DNA of 63,756 nt, counting the filler, from Neolecta irregularis DAH-3 (taxonomy: Eukaryota), in NCBI GenBank assembly GCA_001929475.1. It is 7 parts of 7 records of this genome, joined end to end, with 100 filler letters (N's around TTAATTAATTAA, not from the genome) between each part and the next. Parts side by side here need not be neighbours in the genome. Positions count along the whole stretch, not along the records: positions 1 to 20,178 come from LXFE01000396.1; positions 20,279 to 28,012 come from LXFE01000403.1; 5 more parts are not named here. One strand, written 5' to 3'. The notes under the pieces were generated by a model, which saw only the letters and a list, made by a program, of their open reading frames with translations, ran no database searches and was not told the origin of the DNA. Of the stretch, positions 13,212-25,745 are shown piece by piece; position 1 is the first letter of the stretch; every line of letters starts with the position of its first letter. The translations under genes and the position numbers were made by a program.

Positions 13212-16200
13212 ATGAGCGACCCGCTCCCCATCAAGTTCCAAGAACTTGTCCAGGTTCATCTTCTCTGAGATATTACTATAAGCAAGCTGACGCGGACACT
13301 TAGCTTCCAAACCTGGGCATTTCTCCAGCTTCAATGGGCTTTAACACATGCACTATGGAAAGTGATCGTTATATCTGGTACAATTTAAACAATTGAGCGT
13401 TAAATTGATAGCTAGTGTTCGAGAAACCAACAGCGGTCCAGCTCAAGTCGCCATCATCGACCTCCTCAATAATAATAACATCATCAAGCGGTAGATCCCC
13501 ATATAAAATCATTAAATCTAATATCTAGACCCATTCAAGCAGACTCCGTTATTATGCATCCGCACGATTTTGTGATAGCTTTGAGGGCTTTACGAACACT
13601 TCAAATATTCAACCTCCAGACCAAATCAAAAATCAAATCCCATGCTATGGATGAAGATATCGTGTTCTGGAAATGGATTTCTGATACTACAATTGGGATT
13701 GTAACCTCCACGGCTGTATACCACTGGAGTATTGAGGGCAGTTCATCTCCTCCAGTTCGAATGTTCCTCCGTCACGACTCGCTAACGGGTTCTCAAATAA
13801 TAAATTATAGAGTCAATTCCAACGAAAAATGGTTTTTACTGTCAGGAATTATACAACGTGATGGACGTGTCGCAGGATGTATGCAATTATACAACAAAGA
13901 CCGAGGCCAAAGCCAGGCTATTGAAGGCCATGCTGGCGCCTTTTCGGAATTGAGGCTTGAAGGTGCACCTAGCGACACCCAAGTCTTTTCATTTGCTGTA
14001 AGAACGGCGACTGGTGCAAAGGTATGACTCCTCTACACTAATGTCTAAGTTTCAAGTTGCATATCATTGAAATTGATCATGATTCCTCAAATCCAGCATT
14101 CCCCAAGAAAGCGGTCGACTTTTACTTCCCTGAAGACCAAGCCTCGGATTTCCCTGTCTCGATGCAAATATCGAAGAAATACAGCGTCGTTTTCGTTGTC
14201 ACAAAGAATGGATATATTCATCTCTATGACCTCGAGACGGCTATCTGTATCTACGTCAATCGAATTTCGACAGATTCGATATTCGTGACTTGCCCACATT
14301 CTCAAAGCGGTGGTATCATTGGGATCAACAGGAAGGGAAGCGTTCTCATCGTTACTGTGGACGAAAATACCATTATTCCATATATCATGAACAACCTTGG
14401 CAATACTCAAGTTGCTGTTCGTCTGGCAAGTCGAGCAAACCTCCCAGGTGCGGACGATCTATATGTTCAACGCTTTAATCAATTGCTCCAGTCTGGAGAT
14501 TACCTCGAGGCTGCCAAAGTCGCTGCTAACTCCCCAAGAGTAACTGTTCTATGTTCTAACTAGCTGACCATAGGGCATTCTCCGAACTACACAAACAATA
14601 GATCGTCTAAAACCTCTACAAGCAGCACCTGGAAGTCCTGTATCGCCTATCTTCCAGTACTTTGGCGTCTTGTTGGATAAAGGAAGCCTTAATAAACTTG
14701 AATCTCTAGAACTTACTCGACCGGTTATCCAGAACAACAAGAAGCAGCTTCTTGAAAAATGGATGGGCGAAGGAAAGTTGACCTGTTCCGAAGAACTTGG
14801 CGATTTAGTTCGGACGGCGGATATCAACCTCGCTCTCCAAATCTATGTAAAAGCGAATTCTCCTCATAAAGTATCCTACCTTCACTGCAACCCATTGAGA
14901 TATATAGGTAGTACCTGCTCTTGCTGAGCTAGGTCAGTTCGAAAAGATCGTTCCCTATGCCAACAAAGTCGGTTACTCGCCAGACTGGGCAGCCCTCCTT
15001 CAACATATTGTTCGCATCAATCCTGAAAAAGGGGGCGAGTTTGCTACTCAACTCGCAAATGCAGAAGGAGGAAGTCTCGTGGATGTAGAAAGAGTTGTAA
15101 ATGTTTTCATGGCTCAAAATATGGTTCAGCAGGCGACTAGTTTCTTAATCGACGCACTCAAGGATGATCTCCCGGAACAAGCAGATTTACAGACAAGACT
15201 TCTTGAAATGAATCTGTTGAATGCTCCCCAGGTTGCTGATGCTATCCTCGGGAATGCAATGTATCATCATTTTGACAAAGCCAAGATTGCCGCTCTTTGC
15301 GAAAAAGTTGGTCTCGTTCAACGCGTATGTCCTAGTAATACACCTTATTCCGACATATAGGCGCTTGAGTACTATGAAAATCCATCGGATATTAAACGCG
15401 TTGTCGTTCGGACCGAAGCTATTTCGCCGGAATGGCTTGTGGAATATTTTGGGACCAAGAGTTCCGAAATAAGTCTCGAATGTCTTCACGAAATACTCAA
15501 AACGAACATTAGACAAAATCTTCAACTTGTCGTTCAAATTGCCACAAAATATTCCGACCAGCTGGGACCTGTACACATCATCGATTTGTTCGAACAATTT
15601 AAAACGGCGGAAGGGTTGTTTTATTATCTCGGTTCGATCGTAAATATCAGCAGTGAACCGGAGGTACATTTTAAATATATCCAAGCTGCAACTCGACTCG
15701 GTCAGTTCAAGGAAGTTGAACGAATTTGTAGAGAAAGCCAATATTACAACCCGGAAAAAGTCAAAAACTTCCTCAAGGAAGAGAAAATGGCGGATCAGCT
15801 CCCTCTCATCATCGTTTGCGATCGATTTAATTTTGTCCATGATCTCGTGTTATATTTGTATAACCTTCAACAATACCAGGCTATTGAGGTGTATGTACAA
15901 CAAGTTAACCCTGGTCGAGCGCCTGTAGTTGTTGGGGCATTGTTAGATGTCGACTGCGACGAACAAGTTGTCAAAAATCTTCTTGGAAGCGTGCGAGGTC
16001 AGGTTCCTATCAACCAACTAGTCGTCGAAGTCGAAAAGCGCAATAGATTGAAGCTCCTTTTACCTTTCTTGGAAGCTACTCTCGAAGCCGGGAGTCAAGA
16101 TCAAGCCGTCTTTAATGCCCTCGCAAAAATATACATTGACAGCAACAATAATCCCGAAAAGTTTCTCAAAGAGAATAACGCGTATGATTCACTTGTTGTT

Positions 16201-18859
16201 GGCAAGTATTGCGAGAAGAGAGACCCTTTCCTAGCATTCATCGCGTATCAGAAAGGAGAGAACGATCTCGAATTAGTCAAAATCACTAATGAGAACTCAA
16301 TGTTTCGAGATCAAGCCCGATATCTTGTGAAGAGACGGCAGCTGGATTTATGGCTTGCTGTTCTAGACCAAGAGAATATTTATCGAAGAAATCTTATCGA
16401 TCAGGTTCACCTTTTAATCATAGTATAATTAATCGAACCAGGTCGTTGCTACCGCTGTTCCCGAGAGTACAGACCCAGAGGATGTTTCTGTCGTAGTTAA
16501 GGCACTCATGCAAGCTGATCTTCCCCATGAACTCATTGAGCTTCTGGAAAAGATTATTCTTGAACCTAGCCCATTTTCTGACAACTCAAATTTGCAAAAC
16601 TTGCTTATACTCACGGCCATTAAATCTGATAAAGCACGAGTTATGGAGTATGTTCGAAAATTAAATGGGTATGGAGTGGATGATATTGCAGAACACGCTA
16701 TTGAACATGGTCTCGCTGAGGAGGCTTTCGAGATATACAAGAAATATGAAATGAACGTCGAAGCAACCAATGTTCTTGTTGAACATATTGTCAGTCTTGA
16801 TCGAGCCGCAGAGTTTGCTGAACGTATTGATACACCTGAAGTTTGGACGCGACTGGGTAAAGCTCAGTTGGATGGAGTACGAATTAAGGATGCCATTGGT
16901 CCATTGTTATTGTTACGCTGTTGCTAATATGTAGATTCCTACATCAAAGCGAATAATCCCGAAAACCACGTTGAAGTAACTGAGTTGGCTGCTCGAGCAG
17001 GAAAACATGAAGAACTCATTTCTTACCTTCAGATGGCTAGAAAGATTGTTCGAGAGCCACTCATCGACTCCTCTCTTCTATTTACATATGCAAAGACTGA
17101 TCGCCTCAACGATATGGAGAACCTTCTCAGTGCTACCAATGTCGCAAATGTCCAGGAAGTCGGTGAACAGTGTTATCAAAACAAGTTATATAGAGCTGCA
17201 AAAATTCTTTTCACAAGCATTTCGAACTGGGCACAACTTGCTTCAACGCTTGTTCATCTTGGGGAACATCAAAATGCTGTTGACTGCGCTAGGAAGGCCA
17301 ACAGCACCAAGTAGACTATCCCCACCTCCCGTGCTGACTTCAATAGAGTATGGAAACAAGTTAATCAAGTTTGTGTCGACCAAAAAGAATTTAGGCTCGC
17401 ACAAATATGTGGGCTCAATCTTATTGTACATGCTGAAGAACTTTCTGTAAGGTCGTTGACTGGGGCACCAGCTTAATTTTCAGGATCTCATTAAACAATA
17501 CGAATGGGGAGGCTATTTTAACGAGCTTATCTCCCTTCTTGAGGCTGGTCTCGCACTCGAACGCTCTCATCGAGGAATGTTCACTGAACTCGCCATTTGC
17601 TATGCCAAATACCGACCCGAAACACTCATGGAACATCTCAAGCTATTCTGGTCCCGAGTTAATATTCCAAAAGTCATCTCAGCTTGTGAGAAAGCTCATT
17701 TGTGGCCTGAACTCGTCTTTCTTCATGTTCATTATGATGAACCTGATGCTGCTGCCTTGGCAATGATAGAAAGAAGTGCCGATGCTTGGTTTGCCTTATC
17801 GTTTATGCTAAGCTGATTCAAGGAATCATTCCTCTTTCAAGGAAATCGTTGTAAAAGTGGCAAACCTCGAAATTTACTATAAAGCACTAAACTTTTACCT
17901 TGAGCAACATCCTATGCTCTTAACCGACCTTCTCGCTGCGTTGACACCACGAATTGATCATACACGGGTCATAAAGATATTCGAAAAGAGCGACAATATT
18001 CCTTTGATTAGGCAGTACTTGGTTGCCGTCCAAAGTGTATACCAACTTTTAAGAGAAACATCATCTTAGCATTTAGAAAAATATCGAAGCTGTCAACCAA
18101 GCCTACAATGAGTTACTAATCGAAGATGAAGACTATAAAGGCCTTCGCGATTCTGTATCAAGTTACACCAACATCAATCAGTTGGAACTCGCTTCTAGGT
18201 TGGAGAAGCATTCGCTACTTGAGTTTCGAAGGATCTCGGCGTTCCTATACCGCGTGTGTTCGTAACATCCCTCGTTATACTAATGTACAACAGAGGAACA
18301 AGAAATGGTCACAGTCCATCTCCCTGTCTAAAGAAGACAAACTTTACAAAGATGCAATCGAAACCGCCCGCGAATCAAACTCCCGAGAGGTCTCTGAGGA
18401 ACTCATGCAATATTTTGTCGACGTTGGAAATGAGGAATGTTTTGTTGCTGTTCTCTATACTTGTTATGATCTTCTTCGACCAGATATTGTTCTTGAACAA
18501 GCTTGGAGACACGGACTATCGGACCACATGATGCCTTTCATGATCAATTACATGCGAATCCAGGATATAAAGGTATGACAACTTTCGGTTTTGGCCTTCT
18601 TAACCTTCGAGATCCAGGAACTAGAGAAAGATAACAACGAACGCAAAGCTCGGGAGGTTAGCAGCAAGGGTGAAGATGAGACACCAATTATGGGTAATCG
18701 ACTGATGTTGACAGCTGGGTATGACTAATCCCCGTACATCATAACATCTGGCTAACTTATAGTAACACACTCTCACCCCAGCCAATCCCATATGCTAGCA
18801 TGCAAAACGGGTTGTCACCGCAGATGACGCCTCAGATGACTGGCTTTCGAACGTTGTAG
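13212..18859 (+). CDS. CHC1: Clathrin heavy chain (multi-exon)
   Basis: [15 protein letters not shown] start; propeller motifs ([17 protein letters not shown]); CHCR repeats ([31 protein letters not shown]). Confidence 0.97.
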
Positions 18860-18917
18860 ACAACTTGAAAAGAATTGTGAAGGATAGCTTGTTGAGGTTA
18901 TAGCTTGATTATGTCAC

Positions 18918-19373
18918 TTGACTTTCTGGTATTTTTTCTATTATGACATGCTATATATTCCCAGTTATCTTATTCAGGGGATATCAATTTCCTTCAACCA
19001 TATTTCAAAACATGTTGAGCAGATTCAGTCAAAATCACATAAGCCGATTCGTGTGCGCAAGGACATAATCATTTTCCCTTTGCACATTCTCTTTCTTGAA
19101 CTCGAGCACCAGATTCCTCAGCGACCCCAAAGGACTCAGAGTCTGGAGGTTACTCCAACGGCTTATGTCGACTACTCCAGTGACGATGAGCTCTATGAGA
19201 GATATAACATGATCCAAATGACTCAGGATCCTGAGGTTACTCCAACTGTTGCTCTCGGCTATTTCCCTCGCAACGATCCGGCACTGTGGGTAGACCAGGG
19301 AGATGAGCGCAAGGCTTGCGCAAAACAGAAGGAGTTAGCTAAAATTCGAATTTTTCAAAAGCCACATTTGTGA
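18918..19373 (+). CDS. Possible small hypothetical protein
   Basis: 151-codon ORF between CHC1 and SWS2; no recognised homology. Confidence 0.25.
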   Translation: MTFWYFFYYDMLYIPSYLIQGISISFNHISKHVEQIQSKSHKPIRVRKDIIIFPLHILFLELEHQIPQRPQRTQSLEVTPTAYVDYSSDDELYERYNMIQMTQDPEVTPTVALGYFPRNDPALWVDQGDERKACAKQKELAKIRIFQKPHL

Positions 19374-19463
19374 AATTTAGCGCGCACCAAACGCACCCTT
19401 AACAAGAAATCCCATTCAGGCCCAAATTCGTGACGTTCAACCAGACTTCTTTATTTCTCATAA

Positions 19464-19905
19464 ATGCTCCATTTGCTTGGAAAGAATATTTCGGATGGGA
19501 AAAAGGTGTTCATCCAGTAGTCAATCTAGCAGGTCTAAAATATAAAGGTATTATCAGCCCTCCAATCCTTCTATGGCATTGGTCCACATATTTCACAAAG
19601 GATTCTCGCATTGCTGCAAATCCATCATACTGCTCGATTATCCGATCTAACGGACTCGCAAGTGACCAGAATCTCAGAGCGGCTTGGTGGCATGACTCTT
19701 GAGAACGATTTACGGAGAGTTGTTCAGGGTAATATCGCTCGTCTGCGGAATATTGGTACATACAGAGGGAAGAGACATGCGATGGGTCTTCCGGGTATGA
19801 GGTTCACATGTCGATTGCCGTATTGACTGTTATTTAGCCCGGGGGCAGAACACCAAAAATAATTCCCTGACGGCGAGGAAGCTGAATAAGGCCGAACGGC
19901 GATAG
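19464..19905 (+). CDS. SWS2: Mitochondrial ribosomal protein uS13m (3 exons)
   Basis: ALQSFYGIG...[27 protein letters not shown] is the S13 signature. Confidence 0.92.
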
Positions 19906-20112
19906 GAGGGCCGGGCCAAGAAAAAAGCCTGGCCCATCGGCCATTCGGCCGAAACGGGTTCTTTCACGTGATATTGTATGATACTATTGTCCTTCTCCTC
20001 CCTAACCGCCTTCCTACCGGCTTCGCCTGCCCGCCTTGCCAGTCCATCTCGCGGGCCTCTGCCATCTCACCCTCTTCGCGCTCTTCTCGCCCGCCTCTCC
20101 CGTCTATCTCCT

Positions 20113-20178
20113 GCCTCTCCCGCCTCTCCCGCCTCTCCCGCCTCTCCCGCCTCTCCCGCCTCTCCCGCCTCTCCCGCC
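20113..20178. repeat. 9-bp tandem repeat (GCCTCTCCC)n running into an assembly gap
   Basis: About 7 copies visible before the N run. Confidence 0.9.
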
Positions 20179-20819
20179 NNNNNNNNNNNNNNNNNNNNNN
20201 NNNNNNNNNNNNNNNNNNNNNNTTAATTAATTAANNNNNNNNNNNNNNNNNNNNNNNNNNNNNNNNNNNNNNNNNNNNAGGATTGAGGAGGCAGAGATGG
20301 CCAGGAAGGTGGCAGGCAGTCCTGTTGTAAACGAAACGATTGACTCGGCAGTATATCTGAGTAATTAGCCTGCAGGAGCGCATGCGGTACGTGGAGTTGG
20401 AATCGGGATCTTCAGATGGGTTTAGGCGGACAAGATTGGCGCTAAAGGCATCGGCTGGCCGTCAATCTCGTGATTGATAGATGAAGAGTACTGTAAGCCA
20501 GCAGTGCCGGATCGGTCGGGTGGAATGCGACATGCGAGACTGAATCGAGCGGTAAGGTCGATTTTTGGTGGTGCATCAAAATGGAGCAGCAGTTTCAGCA
20601 GGACAAGGGTTGAATTCTAGTAGTCAAAGTCAGTAACCGTATTGGTCCAGATCCTCATATCCAAAGGGCATCCAGCTCTGAATAGATGTTATATCGTATT
20701 CTCACTTGTAGGTGCTAGTGATCCTGAGCGGCTCGTTTCTCGGAGACATTTCATCTGTTTAAGGGACTTTTGGGTACAAAAGGATCAACCTAATCACGAA
20801 AACAGCTGTTCAGGCAGTG

Positions 20820-21012
20820 TGTAAGGACATATCCTTTGGGTATATCTTATCAATATGGCAAGGTGGCTTGACGGGAGGTATATAAAGGCGAAAGTTAGAT
20901 ATTCCTAGCCAAGTACGAATACTAGGCTACGTATGTCCCTTTGTAAGAAGTACGAATACTTAGGCTAGTTATAACACTTGGTCTTATCGTACTTCTAAGC
21001 GCATAGCTTACA
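20820..21012 (+). mobile_element. Solo LTR, 193 bp
   Basis: TGTAAG...CTTACA ends with perfect TSD CAGTG (20815-20819 and 21013-21017); collinear similarity to 517-708. Confidence 0.85.
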
Positions 21013-21230
21013 CAGTGCCAGGAACATTCATATGACTTAACCATTCTTCTCTCATAGCGAGCACTGTCCACTTATAAAAAGGGCTTTTACTTTCTAAAAT
21101 ATACCTATACGAAGGTGAATTCTTCCTAGACCATTCCAAATGGGTTGATATATTATTCAGTATCAAAAACAGTGGCAGGCGATAACAATATCTCAATGTC
21201 CAAAACTTTACAAAAGATGATGCCTCTTCA

Positions 21231-23865
21231 TTACCAATGGAAGGGTGTATCAAAATCAGGTGTGCGCATATCAAGGTCCAGATTGAATGTGGACGAATCG
21301 AGTAAGTCTGTGTCTTGGCCTGGGGGCGTAGGAGTGAAATATGTTTCTCTGATTCTATGTTGATCACTAAGTGATAGAGTCTCAGTTGTAGAAAGACTGT
21401 CTCCTACATTATCATTATTGATCTTCGCAAGCCTTTGTGATGGCTTAATCGTAATGACTTGGACGGAATCTTGCGCCTCATTGGTTGGAGTGTGTTTATT
21501 TGTGAGTTCTGATGCTGCTGCATTGCTGGCTTTTAACCAATCCATAAACCCCGGCGAAACAACGTTGTTGTTTCCGAGCGGAAGTGGACGCACAATATCT
21601 AGAAGAATCTTTCGTGCCCAAGTTTTTGGATCAGAAAACCCATCTTCTCTTGAAAGCTGTGCGATGATATCCTTGGCCTTCCTTTGATAAAGAGAAGGAT
21701 TTTCTTCTTTGTACTAGTAGATTAGTGGAAATAAAGAGTCAATTATTCACCAGTTCTTTCACAGACTTTTTCAATTTAGAGTGACCTAGCTTGACAGATC
21801 TCTTTGTGAAGGTCAAGTCATTCTTAAAGCGAAAAGGCTCACATCCATCTACAACAAGTGCCACGATCAGAAAAGGACTTCCATAGGCCTCTTTGATTGC
21901 CTCATAAGCATTCGTTTTACAATTCAAAGCGCCTGTTTTAGTTTGACGCAAGACTTTCAACTCCTTTACTCTTTTGAGAGTTGACGTATCGATTTCACTA
22001 GGGGCGTGAAAAGACGCTTCCTCAGGATTAACAGATGATTGAAAATTTTGTGCAGTCGCAGAATGTTTTGCAAGGTTCAGAGTGAATGGCAATGAACCGA
22101 ATGAGAACACGAAGTGAGTTGGCAGAGGGTTGAGAGATGGTATTTCCATGCTACCGGAGTTTTCCGTTAATGGAAACCTGCCACTTATATCAACAGCATC
22201 AATGTTCGCACGCTTTGGTGATGGCTCAATTACGTCAGGAGATGGGTTTTCTTTACGTGTACGTTGTGTTCTTTTGTAGGAGACTTCGTGACTGCCTTTC
22301 TTTGGTGCTGCATTGCTATTGGTTAACCAATCCATGAACCCAGGCGATCCAAGTATTTCGTCTCTTGAAGGAAGTGGCCGCGCAACATCTACAAGCTCTT
22401 CCAATGCCCAGGTTTCTGGATCAGAACCACCTTCACTTGAAAGCTGTGCGATTATATCCTTAGCCTTCTTTTGATAATTTGAAGGATTTCCTATGGCGTA
22501 CTAGAAGATTAGTGTAACCAAATAATGAAGTTATTTACCAATTCTCTGATCGAACTTTTGATAAGTGAGCGAGACGACGCGCAAGTCTTGTAATTGAAGG
22601 TTATGTCATTGCGGTGAGCACGAGGATCACATCCGTCTAACACAATTGTAACGATCCGAAAGGCCGTTCCATACACGTCTTTGATGGTTTTGTAAGAGTT
22701 CGAATTACACATTGGAACGCCTAACTTAGTTTCGTACAAAGACCTCAACTCGTTTACTCTTTTGAGAGTATCGATTTCCAAAACTTCTCGAAAGGATGAC
22801 TCCCCTTCCTTGCCATTGGAAGCATAGGGTGGATGAAGATTTGGTATTTTCACTGAAAACTCATTATTGCTGGGATAGTAGGTTGAGGAATCGGGGGGTT
22901 CTGCATATTCTTGTCGCACTTGGTTGTTGAAAGATGATGAGGTATTCTCAGAGTTCCGCGATAGAACCTTGTAAATTTCAGAAAGGCCGTCTCCTACATC
23001 TGCATCTGTTGAAAACTCATCAGGACTCGGATCAGATGGTAGCAAATTGAAAGTCTCTGTGTGTTCTTCTGGTCTAGGGTTGAAAGATGTTTCTCCAATG
23101 TCATCCCAGTTCGTCAGAGGAAGACTGACTCCGACAACATCGTCAACCCTCAAATACTTCCGTGATGGCTCAGTCGGGTTCCATTTGTCAGAGTTAGCCG
23201 TAGTTGCTCCAGGAGTAGAGCCGACTTGCTGCTTCCGATTCCGCTTGGCGTTTTTCCTTTTGGAGCTTGCGCCGTTTGTTGCTGAATTGTGAGTTGCTAA
23301 CCAATCCATAAACCCGGGCGATCCAAATATCTTGTCTACAGAAGGAAGTGGGCGCGCAACATCTACAAGCTCTTTCAATGCCCAGGTTTCTGGATCAGAA
23401 CCATCCTCACTTGAAAGCTGTGCGATTATATCCTTAGCCTTCTTTTGATAATTTGAAGGGTTTCTTATGGCGTACTAGAAGATTAGTGTAAACGAAGAAT
23501 GAAGTTATTCACCAATTTTTTAACCGAATCTGTCAAAGCAGTGCGATGAACCAGGCAAGACCAGTGTGTGAGAGTCAAACTTTCGTATGGGGAAAAAGGA
23601 TCACATCCATCTAATACAAATGCAATGATTGGAAATGGATTTCCGTATTCCTTTTCGATAGCCTGATAAGCTTTCGGCAGACAAATCAGAGCTCCTCTTT
23701 TTGTTTCGCGCAAGATTTTCAACTCGTGTACTCGCTGTTGCACAGATTCATGGACTAGGATGGACGTTTCTGTCGACTGATGTGAAGCAACGAGCTTGAA
23801 AACAGTAAAGGCAACAAACCAAGTTGACCTACAACAATAAGCAGATTCCAGGCCACGTATACCAT
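21231..23865 (-). CDS. Putative secreted orphan protein with three tandem copies of a ~120-aa domain
   Basis: Hydrophobic N-terminus MVYVAWNLLIV|LVAS; repeated LRxTKxG..C..Y..YG..F.I...LDGCDP and KAKDIIAQLS.EDG.DP.TWA...RPLP...SPGFMDWL; homologous introns at 23475-23512, 22501-22538 and 21714-21750 join the ORFs in frame. Confidence 0.7.
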
Positions 23866-24978
23866 AGAAATAGCATTTCGATGAAGAGCTTGATGTATAA
23901 GGAGAGAGAGTGGTATACTAATCAGAGGTCAATACATATTTGTACTCTCCAAGACTGAGACATGCATGTCTTTCATGTCGTTCATTTTTCCTTCTTATTT
24001 TTCTGTCTCACATCACACTGCCTGTGTGATTTGCCAGAAATATGATGATTGCCGGACAAGGACACTATTCAAGAGGATAGGACAGGGTCAATTAAGAACC
24101 AGGCTACCTTCTCAGTGTGAGTAAAGATAAGGTTATTTTGCCTTTTTCTTTAGGCTAGTATATACCAGTGTCTCCTAATATTAATGTCCACTCTTCTCTG
24201 CTCTTCTCTGCTCTTAGCAACATGTTGCTGTAACGAAGATGCTCTCTAGAAATAAGTCTGGATAGTTGTATAGGGAGGAGTGGAGACTTCCCCGGCGTAT
24301 GGGAGGGGCATAGCTTTGACACTAAGTAGCCATGTGTAGAGTATTTTTCTCTGTACAGTACCATCGTTATTGGTGTTAAAACTACTCAATTTCTGTGTGA
24401 AATATTCGAGATCTGATGCCACGCAAAAGAGTACAAAGGGTGGTCAAATATAAGAACTTTGGAAACATGTTGTTGGATAAGTCGAAACTAGGGCCACCCA
24501 GGTGGCTTGTGGGGTTTATATTGGGAATCTGTATCAGGGTGTGGCGGCCAACATATGTATTTTACTCCCTCAAACAGCTCGCCCAATCCGTCGTCAGTTT
24601 TCTATAGCTGTTTTCAGGACGCTGATCAATGGGCTCTTTCGTAATTCTCTTTCCTGATTATTGCCTATCCTGACAGGATAAGAGTGGATTGCGCTACGAT
24701 TCACCGCTCTTGGGTTCTCTATCTGCTCTACTTCTGCTTTCGTCCTTTTTTCTGCTTTTTTCATTTCATTTTTCTCGTCTCGTTATTTGCACATTAGCTC
24801 ACATGATTACAGGAATCTGGCTGGGAGGCTGCTGCGAGAGTGCGAATATTTCCTTTTCTCTTGCTTTCCAGTCTTAACTTCTCGAACATTGGTTTTACCT
24901 CCGAGACAGCTCTGCCCATTTGCTGTTCCGTCGCTTTGCTTCACTTTAGTTTCAGCCTCTCTCCATTTCTATTATATA

Positions 24979-25215
24979 CAGTCAAACCTGGCTATTGGGA
25001 ACCTCCGTATAACGAATTCCTCCTTATAACGAACCCAANNNNNNNNNNGTTTCTATTTGTATATACAGTCAAACCTGGCTATTGGGAACCTCCGTATAAC
25101 GAATTCCTCCTTATAACGAACCCAACTGTCTGCCAAACTTGATTTTTATGGGGTATTTTGATATCATATGCAACATAACGAACTGCACACATTGTCAAGT
25201 CGCTTCGTTATGCCA
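24979..25215 (+). mobile_element. pogo/Tc1-mariner-like MITE terminus (duplicated across a 10-N gap)
   Basis: TA followed by CAGTCAAACC; ATAACGAA subterminal repeats; 24997-25036 matches the reverse complement of 61015-61054. Confidence 0.6.
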
Positions 25216-25745
25216 GGTTCGAATGTACCCCACTTCCAACAACATCCTGACGTTACACCGCTTACCTCACATGTGAATGTGCTTGCCGTATACTTGCGAA
25301 CAAACCCTGAGTTAATTTCTTTTATGCAGTTTAGGGTTAGGGTTAAATACACCTATGATTACAAAGGACCTGAGCAAATGGGTTTGTCCGACATGTGGGC
25401 GCGACTTGGTTCTCATGTTGGATTGACATTAGATGTCTATGGTGCTGCTTGTGGCCAATATACTTTAACTTGCACATGCTCGATATGTTACTCGATCTTA
25501 CCTAGTATTCTTACAGCAACACTGGATCATCTCAAGGTAGCACCACTTCTACCAAAATTCGAATGCTGTCTTCTCTCAAAAGCGCGCGCAAGCAATGCGC
25601 CCGTCGCGAGCCTTCTCGCGCGCGCGTATACATACATTCCTGCCAGGCATTAAAGCCGCCGGGCCGGGAGGCACGCACAACATTCACGCTCGTTAGCTGT
25701 TTCCTGACCTTGTTCCTCACCCAAGTCCGTCTTTCGCCCCATGCA

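Noticed and set aside
15187-15840. 217-aa antisense ORF within CHC1 (similarly 62440-63171 and 48514-48960)
   Set aside because: Shadow ORFs opposite well-conserved genes, with no independent coding signal.
19968-20234. ORFs with SPA/PPL/SRL repeats
   Set aside because: Translations of a stop-free 9-bp tandem repeat running into a gap.
20179-20278. N-run with TTAATTAATTAA core, repeated near 28013, 31992, 44599, 56043 and 58028
   Set aside because: Artificial scaffold linker with stops in all six frames, not a biological repeat or CRISPR array.
24966-25125. Exact ~65-bp tandem duplication across a 10-N gap
   Set aside because: Most likely unmerged overlapping contig ends; the sequence itself is kept as a MITE terminus.
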